From Lepidodermella squamata (taxonomy: Eukaryota > Animalia > Gastrotricha): a DNA stretch of 64,000 bases. The stretch covers positions 1,922,001 through 1,986,000 of the forward strand of contig JBLDXI010000017.1 of assembly GCA_047495785.1 (NCBI GenBank), written 5' to 3'. The position numbers were made by a program, and so were the translations under genes. The notes beneath the pieces are model-generated. The model saw only the letters and a list, made by a program, of their open reading frames with translations, made no database searches and was not told the origin of the DNA. This document shows, one piece after another, positions 48,484 to 58,954 of this stretch (its first letter is position 1; each line of letters opens with the position of its first letter).

Positions 48484-51075
48484 AATATTCCTATAAGGGG
48501 AAGATAGCCTTGGTTTCCATGAAGAAAAACCGTATAATTAAGGCAGAACACTCTATCCTCAGTAGTCGCAAATTAATTTCCCTGCCTTTGTCGCGGAGGA
48601 AATTCGAATTTGGAGTGTCTCAAACAAAAAGAAAGGCCCCGCTTGGGTCGCAAATGAGCGTATGGTAGACGTACCCTGAACAAAACTTATATTCTTATCG
48701 ATCTATAGAAATCGAGTTTTCAGAGTAGTTAAACTGTTGCAATATTATTCAATTATATATCGCTCGAAAAATTGCTTTTAGCTCCTAAATTTTATATTTG
48801 TCGACCGTGTCTACACAGCGCTAAAAGGGGAGAAAATTCAGATAAAAAGGCGATAGTAAAATACACTTCAAGTTTCTTGCAAAAATAAACTGACGATATA
48901 ACTCTGGTTATGCCGATTTTTATGGATTTTTTTATGGAAAAAAGCGAGAAAGAAAACAGCGTGTGAAAAATAATCTGGCGTATTTCACTATATGCCTGAG
49001 AGGAGAAACACAATGCAACTTTCCATACTACGACCGAGGCATGCTATTTCTTAGGTTGGGTTCCCGTTACCACCAAGCATTTGATAAACCTAATACGTGA
49101 ACAACACAACCTATATATTGGCAATGTGATCGACCGGGACAGGAATCTACCCGAAATGGTTTTTTTTCCAACTAGATGAGGCATTGAAGGAGCACAAGTC
49201 AAGTGTAGGGAATACACGGGAAACTGGAAAATCTATGTGCGAAATTCTTATAATGCCTTTATATTCCCACTCCCATCGAAAATCAAGTCACTGACATCAA
49301 AATAAGACAAATGAAGTAATTTGTACAAAATATACATCTGTCATATGACATCACCTGTCTGGATTGAGGTCTATTCCGCTGCAGAAGAGATGGAGTTTCC
49401 GCAGTGAGAACGTTTAATTTCAGTTTGCACTCTGCAATAAAGCTCTAAGAAGCTGGGAAGCTGATGGCAACAATATTTTTCAAATTAATCCCATGAGATT
49501 ATAATAGTATCTTCCTAAGAAGTAAACAGATGAGACCTGTTAACCTTATTGTTTCGAAAAAACTAGATCAAGTGACTATCACTTAATTGAATAATAAGAG
49601 CGGGCGAGAGCATTCTAGATTTTAGTCACTTCGAGCAGAAAAGAATGTGTCTAATAAGGCATCTAATAAGCGCTGATATGACATATAATGTAATGACGTT
49701 AAAATGAAGCAAGCCGGTCCATTGATCAGCCAGCGTTAAGATATGATTCATAGGAATGACAGTATTTTGGTTACCATCCGTATTAGTTTCTATGCACTAT
49801 AAAGCAGGCGCTCTGATATAAGGTTTGTACTTTTTTCAAAATTTGGCGACACGATTATTCGCCGATAAATGTTTCAACTTCATTCTAGCAAGATGATGTG
49901 AAATAGAAAAGGCTCAGCCCGCTTATCCTTCGACGTGAAAGAAAGGCGGACGGATTACGTGGCTGAAGTAAAGGTCGGATTACTTTTGCGCTAATTGCGA
50001 TTGCGATTGGAATATCTTGGGACTAATAATAAAAATACGATGAGAGTTTCAATTTTCAACAAGATGAGCTCTTAACTTCGCATGCGATGTTAGCAAATCC
50101 GCTATTGAGTACAAAACGCAATCAATTCCTAGCGTATTCAAACATTTCAATAATAATAATATAAAATTCAACGATCCATCGATCAACTCTTTTGAGTTTT
50201 GAGCTATACTCAAAGTCAAATAGACCGTGAAGCATCTAATAACAACAACACCCGTCTTCCGCTTGTAGAAAGCTTTCCACATTTTATATTTAACGAGCAT
50301 TGCATGCGTTTAATTTGCTTTAATAAAACACGTGAATACATCAGAGATTGTCAGAGAACAGGATATACGCTTAGGACATCGTTCGCTTTTATTGAAAAAA
50401 CTAGCGTTAAGGCAAGGTACGTTGAAATTGATGAGACTTGAACGCACTGCATAACAAAATTCTCGAATTTCCTTTCAGACATCCACGTCTTCATTGATAC
50501 CGAATTTCATTTAGGTCTCATAATCGACTGTTGTGATTTACCCGGTTTTAAACTAACGAGCCGGTGCTTTTTCCTTCTTGATTACCTGCTGTCTCATTGA
50601 ATCAATCATCGCTCTCGACTTTTCTGATTATCAAGTTTTAGTGGGCCGTTGCTAATGCAGTCGACGTTTTGCGAACAAGTGCGTTTGTTAAGCCGGATAA
50701 ATTTTAAAAGGACACGCGATCGATCTCATTATATTGGACGCTAATTATAATTGATAATTTGATTCCTAGAGCTTAAAGAATTAACGACCAGAAAAATTGC
50801 GCAAGATAATCGTGGTCGACCCCGTGAAATCACGAGTAATGCAATTCAAATTGAAGTATTCAAGAGGAAGAAATTATTACTGATAAGTGATAAGGACTAG
50901 ACCGAAGAAAAATGGCCCTCGCCTCAGTTGCAGGGAAGAGACTTGTATGTAAAAAATGGTCGAAACATTCCTCTGACTGTTGAATTCGATAGAAATCATA
51001 GGTGTCTGCTTTATTTTCTATCAAAATTTTCTCGGAAAGAAATAACATTTTTCTCCCACGTGAAAACCAGATTCC

Positions 51076-52408
51076 TTATACTGTAGATGGCGGTCCTGAT
51101 GAGTCGAAATTGCTCAGATTACAAACAACCGGATCTTTGAGAGACTTCTTGTCTTCAATGATCAATGAAGCTGATCCCCCAGTATTAGGAAGTTTCGGGT
51201 CATTCGCCTGGCTGACCACAATCTGCAGTATCGGATTTATGGTTGCGCGAAGATTGACGAGGCAGGTGCAAAGGAACAAAACTGAGGACTGAATCATTTG
51301 CTGATCCCCAACCACGCGGCGTGATAAAACGAAAGCCGATGCTATGTGAAGTGGTAAAGTGCAAATGAAGAATAAAACTAATGTTGATGCCATTGAGAAT
51401 GAAACGATATAGCGACGTCGTTGACTGCGTTGATAAGCCGCCGTGCCAGCAGTAGGTTTTAAGGCTGCTTTATTAAGAGTTCTCCAAATTGAACTGTCAC
51501 GGAATGGATTAATATTAGTTCATAGTCTAAGAAAATATCACGGGGAAAACTTACAGGTAGTTTTTGGACACTATGATGAATGGAATAAGGAAGGCTCCTG
51601 AGAAGAATGTAGCCTCAATCAGAAAAGGGGCCCATATGGACACCCTAGCGCCATAATAGATAACACAGACGTTCAAAACTTTCGTGGCTGATAGCTGAGG
51701 CGGAACCGATATTGAAACCATCCTTGCAATTTGCACGAAGGAGAATATGTAGGTCATCAGCGTGAAGATAATGGTAACAACGACAGCTGTCACTAACACT
51801 ATTTTGTAGAAACGTGACCCTTTGATTGATTGCTTTAATTGATGATCCCCTAAGATGAGCCGTCGTTGTTCAGTAGTTAGCAGAGACATTATCAACCCTA
51901 TTAGAATTGATAGAGCTAGCCACAAACTGGTGACAGATTGGCATCCCCAGTTACCAAACAACCAATCAGCGCTAATTCGAGATATTCCTTTAATGAATCC
52001 TAATACTGCTAGTAATATGTTGCAAGAGGCCAATAGAGATATTAAAAACATGAGCTCGCGGTAAATCTTCCGCCGGCAGAACACAGTAATGCAAGCGATA
52101 TTTGCCGCTATTGAAGCCGAGCAAATTGTGAAAGCAAGGATAGCTTCGGTGTAAGGGCACAACACCGTAGTTCGGCTAAGTTGCTGAAACGGGAGGAAGT
52201 AGTAACGGTATTTTCCGATCCATAAGTCATCGTCCACTGTTTCTGAGGCATTGAAGCGATTTATCTCTCCGTCGCTTATCGCATTTTCTAGGATCGTATT
52301 GTTGAACAGATATTCATTAGATTCCTCCGCAGGTTGACCAGAAACTTCAGTTTTTGACGGTATTGATGCCCACCATTCGTCGCCGGCAAACTTGAAGCAA
52401 GACAGCAT
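51076..52408 (-). CDS. Array GPCR G9 (paralog of G8), 2 exons
   Basis: 7TM; SRISADWLFGNWGC, TEQR at the DRY position, CTLPLH, RATINP; intron ~51494-51554. Confidence 0.87.
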
Positions 52409-53697
52409 TTGCTGAGGCAGAACTCAGTGTCTAATTAACATGTCCTATAGTCGGAATTAATTTTCAATAGTAGGAACATTCATATCTACTGCAAATTTGA
52501 TGCTGTATTTACTTGGTCTAATCCTTATACAATAAATGCTTTTGATATTTAAGCTTAAGCTTTGAGCTACTGTATTAATCCATAAAAAATGCAGCCTGGA
52601 TTAGGTCTCGTAATTAACGGGAAAGCTCCCGATAACTACGCGTGACCTATTTTCGACTTCGAGAAATTACCGCGAAACAGCGGAAGTAATAAGTGTTTAT
52701 CGAGCTTATGGAGAGCAGCTGCTTTCGTGGCCAAAAACGATCAAGAGGCAGCGCGCATAAAGATGAATTCAAGGCTAATCGTGATTTATTCGGGACTAGC
52801 ATATAATCGATGGCTCGCATGAATTTACATTGCGACTTGCGCAGAAAAACGACGTTGATTGGGAGTCCTCTTAAATAAGTCGGCGCGTAAGTTTTTTTTT
52901 GCCATCCGGCTTTGGATCACGGGCAGTCGAAGAAATAATGTGAATGCAAAAACAGCTTAGCATTTGATAGCGGGTGTAAATTACTTGAGATGAAGCCGCG
53001 ATCCTCCATATGCAAATGACAACGAATTTGTATGCGAAGCGAAGCAAGAGAAAGCGTCAGTCGATGTGAATTAATGACTTGGGACTTGGACAAAATACAT
53101 CAATGGCTTCTATTAGAAATATCGATAGTGAATTGAGTTACATGATCTGGAAAATACGCCGCGCTTGTGGAATAGAGCGCAATATTTCTAAAAAAGCACC
53201 CTATTGTCTGGTTATACATAAATCGATAAATAAGAAAAAAATACTCTCTCGACTAATATTGCATTTAAATTCGACCGTATATAATTTATTTTTGCTATTC
53301 GAGGCAGGAAATCGGCAGGATTAGGCCTTTGGAAACTCATTTGCTCACCTTCGGCCTCGGCCAATGTATGTAAAATGCTCCTTTTCATCAGCCACGTAAA
53401 ACTACGAATTAGTCGATGAATGTCTCAGGATCCAGCGTAATCTGGATAAAAATAAAAATAAAAACTGATGACCCTACTAGTGAGTTCATCCGAATAATGC
53501 GATTATCCAACCGGAAATCAAGACTGAAAACATCTCTCAAACTGAAGCGCAGCTGACCTAGTCTCTAACAGCAAATGGCAAACAAGTAGGCGTAAATTGC
53601 CCACATATTTTAGATTAATAAGGTCATCACTTGGAAAGTTAATTACAAGCAATGCATTAGCTCTCGCCGAATCTTATTTTACGTGAATTTTGACCAA

Positions 53698-55652
53698 TCA
53701 TTTTATTTCATTTCTCTGGACAAAATTTAGATTGACGTATGAAACCAACGGGAACACGCCGTCACCATTTTCTCTAACAGCCGAATAAAAGTTAACAAAT
53801 CCAGATTTAGTTAATAGGGCGTTGAAGTTTATGACATCAGTGATCATCGTACTGTTTCTCCAGATGTGCAGCTCAACAGCCAGCATTCGGACATGTCTTT
53901 GTAGAAAGTTGTCTTTTAACGCCTGAATGATGCTCGCCACCTCGGCGCCCTCGATATCCACTTTCAGAACATCGATCACGCCCTGCTATTTCAACAGTGA
54001 GATGTAGCGATCTAGAAATTAATGAACTGTTACCTACCCTATCATGGCCGAAATATTTCGCGATTGAGGAGAGGGTTCGCATTGTCCAGTTGCCGGGATT
54101 TCGGTTTTTGTACATTTCATGTCCAGTTGGAACATAACTCGCGTTGATGTGAGATAAACCAATCCTGAAGAATGTTACCCTGGAACTCCGCCTGTAACCG
54201 TCTGGGAGTTCCAGGCTGAACAAAAACAATACATTTTTGCGCGCTTATGATAGAGTACCCAATACCTGCGGTCAAAAGAGTAGACTTGACAATGGTGAAT
54301 TGAACCCATGCTGTCATCAAAGCTCCAATCATCTGCAATGCTGGAGAGAATCGATTTTCAAAGATTAAAATGTAACTTCGTAAACAATTCTTGAAATACC
54401 CGAAAGAATAAACTGTGCAATTATCACGCTTGAGAGTATCGAAGCAAAGTACGTATGGTTCTTGATCGACATCGGTCATGTCGCAACCGACTTTTCTTTG
54501 ATCTTGGCACGCTAGAGACGGAGGTTTCCTGAAGAGCCACTTCACATACTCAAGTGATGGCGTCATAGCAGTCGAAATCGATCTGAAATCAGCGATGTTA
54601 GAAAATGAAACAAAATAATGGTCGTACTCTGACTTTTTCTGCGTCATGGCCTCGTTCCAGTTGACGTAAGATATTAACGGAAACAGGCCAGTATCCATCT
54701 CTCGAAGCGACAGATGGAAAGAAATGAAGCCGGCCTGTTCAAGTTTAGCTCGAAGATCGAGAATTCGTTGCATTTGCCATGGTTCACCGATAAGAGTGTT
54801 GTCTATATGCATTTCCATTGTCAGCATTGCAACGTGTCTTTGAAGAAACCCGTCTTCGATTGCTCGAAGTAAGCTATCTACCTCAGCACCTTCAACGTCA
54901 ATTTTGAGCAAATCAATAGTCCGCTACGTAAATGAAATGCATCACAGAAGTATTTGGAATACCAGACTTACATCTTGATGGTTGAATTTTTCGGCTATGC
55001 TTTTGAGGGTCCTCATAGTCCAGTCATTTGGATTCTTATTTTTGTAGTTTTCTCGACCAGTAGGAATGTAAGTCGTATCTTCGTGCCACAGTCCGACTTT
55101 GAAAAATCGTGGCCCAGTTTTGCGTCTGTAGTCATCAGGTAAATCTAGGCTAACACAAGCATTAAATCGCAGCTCTGTTAAATCCTGATAATTTACTAAC
55201 CTTGGATCGAAGGAAAATACTTCGCATTTGTATTCTTCGCCCATGATGTTATCAAACTGCCAGTCATCTGCTATTCCGAATGAGTAAACCAAGCAGTTTC
55301 CAGTTTTCAGCGCGTAAGGTGGATCGAAACAGATGGAGTAAGGATCTTGGTCGCCGTCTCTCTTCTTCCCTATTGCCAGTAGGTCTTTGCATGGCATCCT
55401 TGGGGGTTCAGAAACAGCCCACCTCAGATAAGTAAGTAGTCTGTTGTTATCATTTGCCTGCATGAGCTCGCAAACTTCGTCGCAAGAAACAGAATCGTCT
55501 TGAAAAGCAGACGACTTCGGTCGGCTGCCATTAAATTGATAGCCTACATTTTCACTCGATGTTTGCTTTTTCTTGAGTAAAATCGTGACAAAAATAGAGG
55601 CTATAAGGAATAAAATCACGGAAATGGTTTTTCGTAAAATTGGAGGAGCCAT
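53698..55652 (-). CDS. METTL24-like (FkbM-type) methyltransferase with two tandem domains, about 7 exons
   Basis: N-terminal TM/signal; two copies of C.VYSFGIADDW.FD, SFD[PR], MRTL.SI, LK.D.EGAE, E.H, FPL.SYVN. Confidence 0.85.
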
Positions 55653-56087
55653 GCACCGCTGCTCTGGCCTCCGTCTATTCAGCCATCACTACAGAGCAAT
55701 AAGCATCACCGGCCGGTATCGCTCCCTCTCCTCTTTCATTCCTTGGATGAATAGCATCCATTCATCTCCTTTGCCTTCGAGCTTTCACTTAAATTGAAAT
55801 GCTCTCTATTCACGATTTTTTGAATCTCCCAGCAATCAGGAGGAACTTTAAGCTAGGAAGATACATGCTTCCATCGGCCAACGGCAAACGCTCCATATTT
55901 ACAAGTTTTTCAATAACTATGTGAAGTTATGAAACGATTCGGCAGAAACGAAAAGCAGCACCATAAATGCAAGCAAATAATAAAAAGCAATTTGCGAATA
56001 ATTATGACACGTGAATATGCAAATAAATGTTTTGGTTGCATTAACTTTCACAATCAAACGCGGTTGAGATTCTCATCCTATCTAGTT

Positions 56088-56225
56088 AGCTTTGCGCAGT
56101 GGCAGTTCCATACTCAGTGAGGTGCAAACCGAGAGGTGGAAATTGCTAATTGAAAACTACCCCAATTACCCGCTCTGAGGACCTACGGGTCCGCTGTAGC
56201 ACTTTCTGGAGCCCCACAAGGGGCT
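56088..56225 (+). ncRNA. U4: U4 snRNA, copy 3
   Basis: Identical by eye to copies 1 and 2; ATGCAAAT octamer at ~56017. Confidence 0.95.
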
Positions 56226-56412
56226 TTTGAATTAACAAAAAATGCTAATGGCGGAGAAATCGCGACTGGTGTATGTTTCTTAGATCTTCAGGTCTCGATC
56301 AGGCTCGGATCTTGGTTTTTTGATAAGCCTTCAATAATCAAATTGTTAGTTTTATTTGGATGAGAACCGTTCACTAAAATACAAATGAACAGGATTTTAT
56401 CTGCTGAGTCTG

Positions 56413-57678
56413 TTAAATTGGTGAATTGTCATAATTGGTTGATGACGAATGTGGAGGAGTGCCCAATATTCGAAGCGCCGGTCCTGTCTCATTGCTTTTT
56501 CCAATAGCCTGAACTTGATTTACATTGAGTGACGTATTGCCACCAGCTTGATTGCTAGGCATAAAGGCTGCTGACTGGAAGTAGGTCGGATTGATATGCG
56601 TGACCGATGGATAGTGCTTGCACACGATAAATAAAACTTTCCTAGTGAGCGGGTTCACAATTGGGGTAATTTTTACGTCGAAAATCGTCGAGCCTACGAA
56701 GCCGTGTTGAGCAGTCGCTTGCAATCCATTAATTACACGCTGTTCTGTCGTTGCGCCGCTAGCGATTGCGTCAAGATATTCAGAAAGTTGCGAGTCGAAA
56801 GCTTCGTTATAAATTGATTCCAAAAAATTCGGCACAGTCGAAAAATCCTGAGGCCATTTCCAGCCTAAATAGAACGTCAAACGATGATCTGCATAAGTGA
56901 CAGAATAGTTTGGCGCGTCAAGTTTGTGACGAGTCGTGAAATGATCGGAAATCGACTCAGCCAACCCCGCCTCCCGAATCAATTGAGCTGCAGCTACGAA
57001 GCAATTGCCGTTTTTAAGGTGGCCGCTTATTCGAAATTGTTGATATTTGCCAGGCACGTTATTCGATCTGATTTTGCAATATACTTCGCTACTTGTCGCG
57101 TTTTCTGCATCACATCGCAGTGATTCCGGAGCTGATGTGACTGTATAGTGGAACATTTGCGAATCTTCAGGATGAATGAATTCGTTAACCGATGGCGAAG
57201 ACAGCCAATCATGTGCAGAAAAGCCAGTGAGACTCCAGACGGAATTTGTAACGGCCAATACTTTGCCGTTCGGAATTCGAATCGAAAACATGAAACAATC
57301 GCAAGCTTTCAGCATCAAACCCTGAAATTCGTTGTCGGAGGTGAAAAGCGGCCGGTTGATTGCGGCGTTAAACGGCGGCTGAGACTCAAGGAATTCGATT
57401 GTTTTCTCTAAAATCGCCAGTTTTTTCGGTCGCCGATCGCTACTGGAATGCTGGTCGTCTATGTAATTCTGATCGAGCTGTAGACACCTTGGAACGTACT
57501 GCCCCAACATTTGCACGTATTTTGTGAATTTCATCCGTCGGCATTGCTCGACCTCGCGATGTGTTCTTCGCCGGCGCTCCGTTAACGGGTCGATGTCGCC
57601 GTAGTCTTCTGGTGGTTCAAATTTCGCACTATTTGAATCAAAGTCGTCAAGCGAACTGTGACCTCTTATATCCTCCAT
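56413..57678 (-). CDS. Divergent ARNT/BMAL-like bHLH-PAS transcription factor, intronless
   Basis: HREVEQCRRMK...VP...KLAIL bHLH; SDNEFQGLMLKACDCFMF and FIHPED (PAS-A); FTTRH...NPLTRKVLFIVCKH (PAS-B/PAC). Confidence 0.85.
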   Translation of the reverse strand: MEDIRGHSSLDDFDSNSAKFEPPEDYGDIDPLTERRRRTHREVEQCRRMKFTKYVQMLGQYVPRCLQLDQNYIDDQHSSSDRRPKKLAILEKTIEFLESQPPFNAAINRPLFTSDNEFQGLMLKACDCFMFSIRIPNGKVLAVTNSVWSLTGFSAHDWLSSPSVNEFIHPEDSQMFHYTVTSAPESLRCDAENATSSEVYCKIRSNNVPGKYQQFRISGHLKNGNCFVAAAQLIREAGLAESISDHFTTRHKLDAPNYSVTYADHRLTFYLGWKWPQDFSTVPNFLESIYNEAFDSQLSEYLDAIASGATTEQRVINGLQATAQHGFVGSTIFDVKITPIVNPLTRKVLFIVCKHYPSVTHINPTYFQSAAFMPSNQAGGNTSLNVNQVQAIGKSNETGPALRILGTPPHSSSTNYDNSPI

Positions 57679-58954
57679 TGAATGCGTCGATATTTGAGGT
57701 TAAAATAGTATGTGTGTCCAATTCAACGAGATGTTGTAACCTTTACGCTGATAACACATGAGCATTGAACTTGGTGAAATGCACTTGTGTAAAATAATAG
57801 TAGACGTAAACAACACACATATATCAAGCTTTTTAAAAAAAGTATAAAACCCTATACCACTAAAACTATGTGTATTGTCATCTTTATACAAGTCGTAACA
57901 GTTTTAAATAATAAATGGTTCAATGGGGCATTGTTCCACTTCAGGATCGCAAGCTGAACTTTGATCCCATCCAAGTTTTGAATGAACAGGAAAGAAAGAT
58001 ATCAGCAGCCAATAATAGGATTAACAGTTCTATTGCTTTAATGACTGCCGGCCGATTGAGAAGAAGATTCAACAAATGCTTTAGATTTGCTTCACTGTTT
58101 TCGCTATCCTTTTCGCTAACTAGTATATTTGCTTTCCTTCAAATCCGGACTATCGCGAATACAGGTCTGATCTTGTCCATTTGATTGTAAGTAGTTCAAC
58201 GCCCGTCTGCCCGTAAAAAGGTCGTGAACATCATTGGCCTAACGTTAGGCGAAAAGAAATAGGGCGAATTTAACATTGAGATTCAGGAGGGCGACAAAGC
58301 TTGGCCTTAACGTTTACCGTTTTGCGCCCTTTTTCGCCTACAGGCATTCTGTGTTTTTACTGTTGCATGGAGAATTTTCGTTCGATGTAGCCCTTATTCG
58401 AAATAATGGCTTCAATAAAAGAGACAAAACGGATAGTTGGTCTTGGTTTTTGTAAGATTATAAGGCTGCCTGGATTTATATAAATAAATTGTTGAATAAA
58501 TTAGACGAAGGCAATGAGATTTAGCGTAAAATCTCTAAAAAATACACAAAAAACGCAGCCAAGCCGCAAATATTGTCGTGTATTCGAGGTGGTCTGTAGC
58601 TAAGCGTGACTTGAAACCAATTTTTCTACGACATTTGAATTAATCATCGAAATACTTTGTGGCGTCACGAGTAGGTGAAACACACGATTAAGCTGTGTAA
58701 TTTGTTTACTAACCGTTGTCGTGAAGAAAATACACGCAGTACTCAATGGTAAAAAACACAGCTCATATGACGTTCGAATAGCTTGAGATGATAATATCAA
58801 CCGCCTACTCAAAAATATCATCAAGCCGCGCTAACGCGAAGTTTCTCATTGCACGAAGGTGCCGGCTATATAATAGACAGCGAGTTGAAACAAAGATCAA
58901 TGTTATCAAAATACAATTACAGAATTCTCATAATTTCCTATCTTTCGTTTTAGA

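Noticed and set aside
32568-52408. Opsin identity for the GPCR array because of a basic residue in TM7
   Set aside because: The residue is Arg five positions before P7.50 (7.45), not the Schiff-base Lys seven positions before (7.43).
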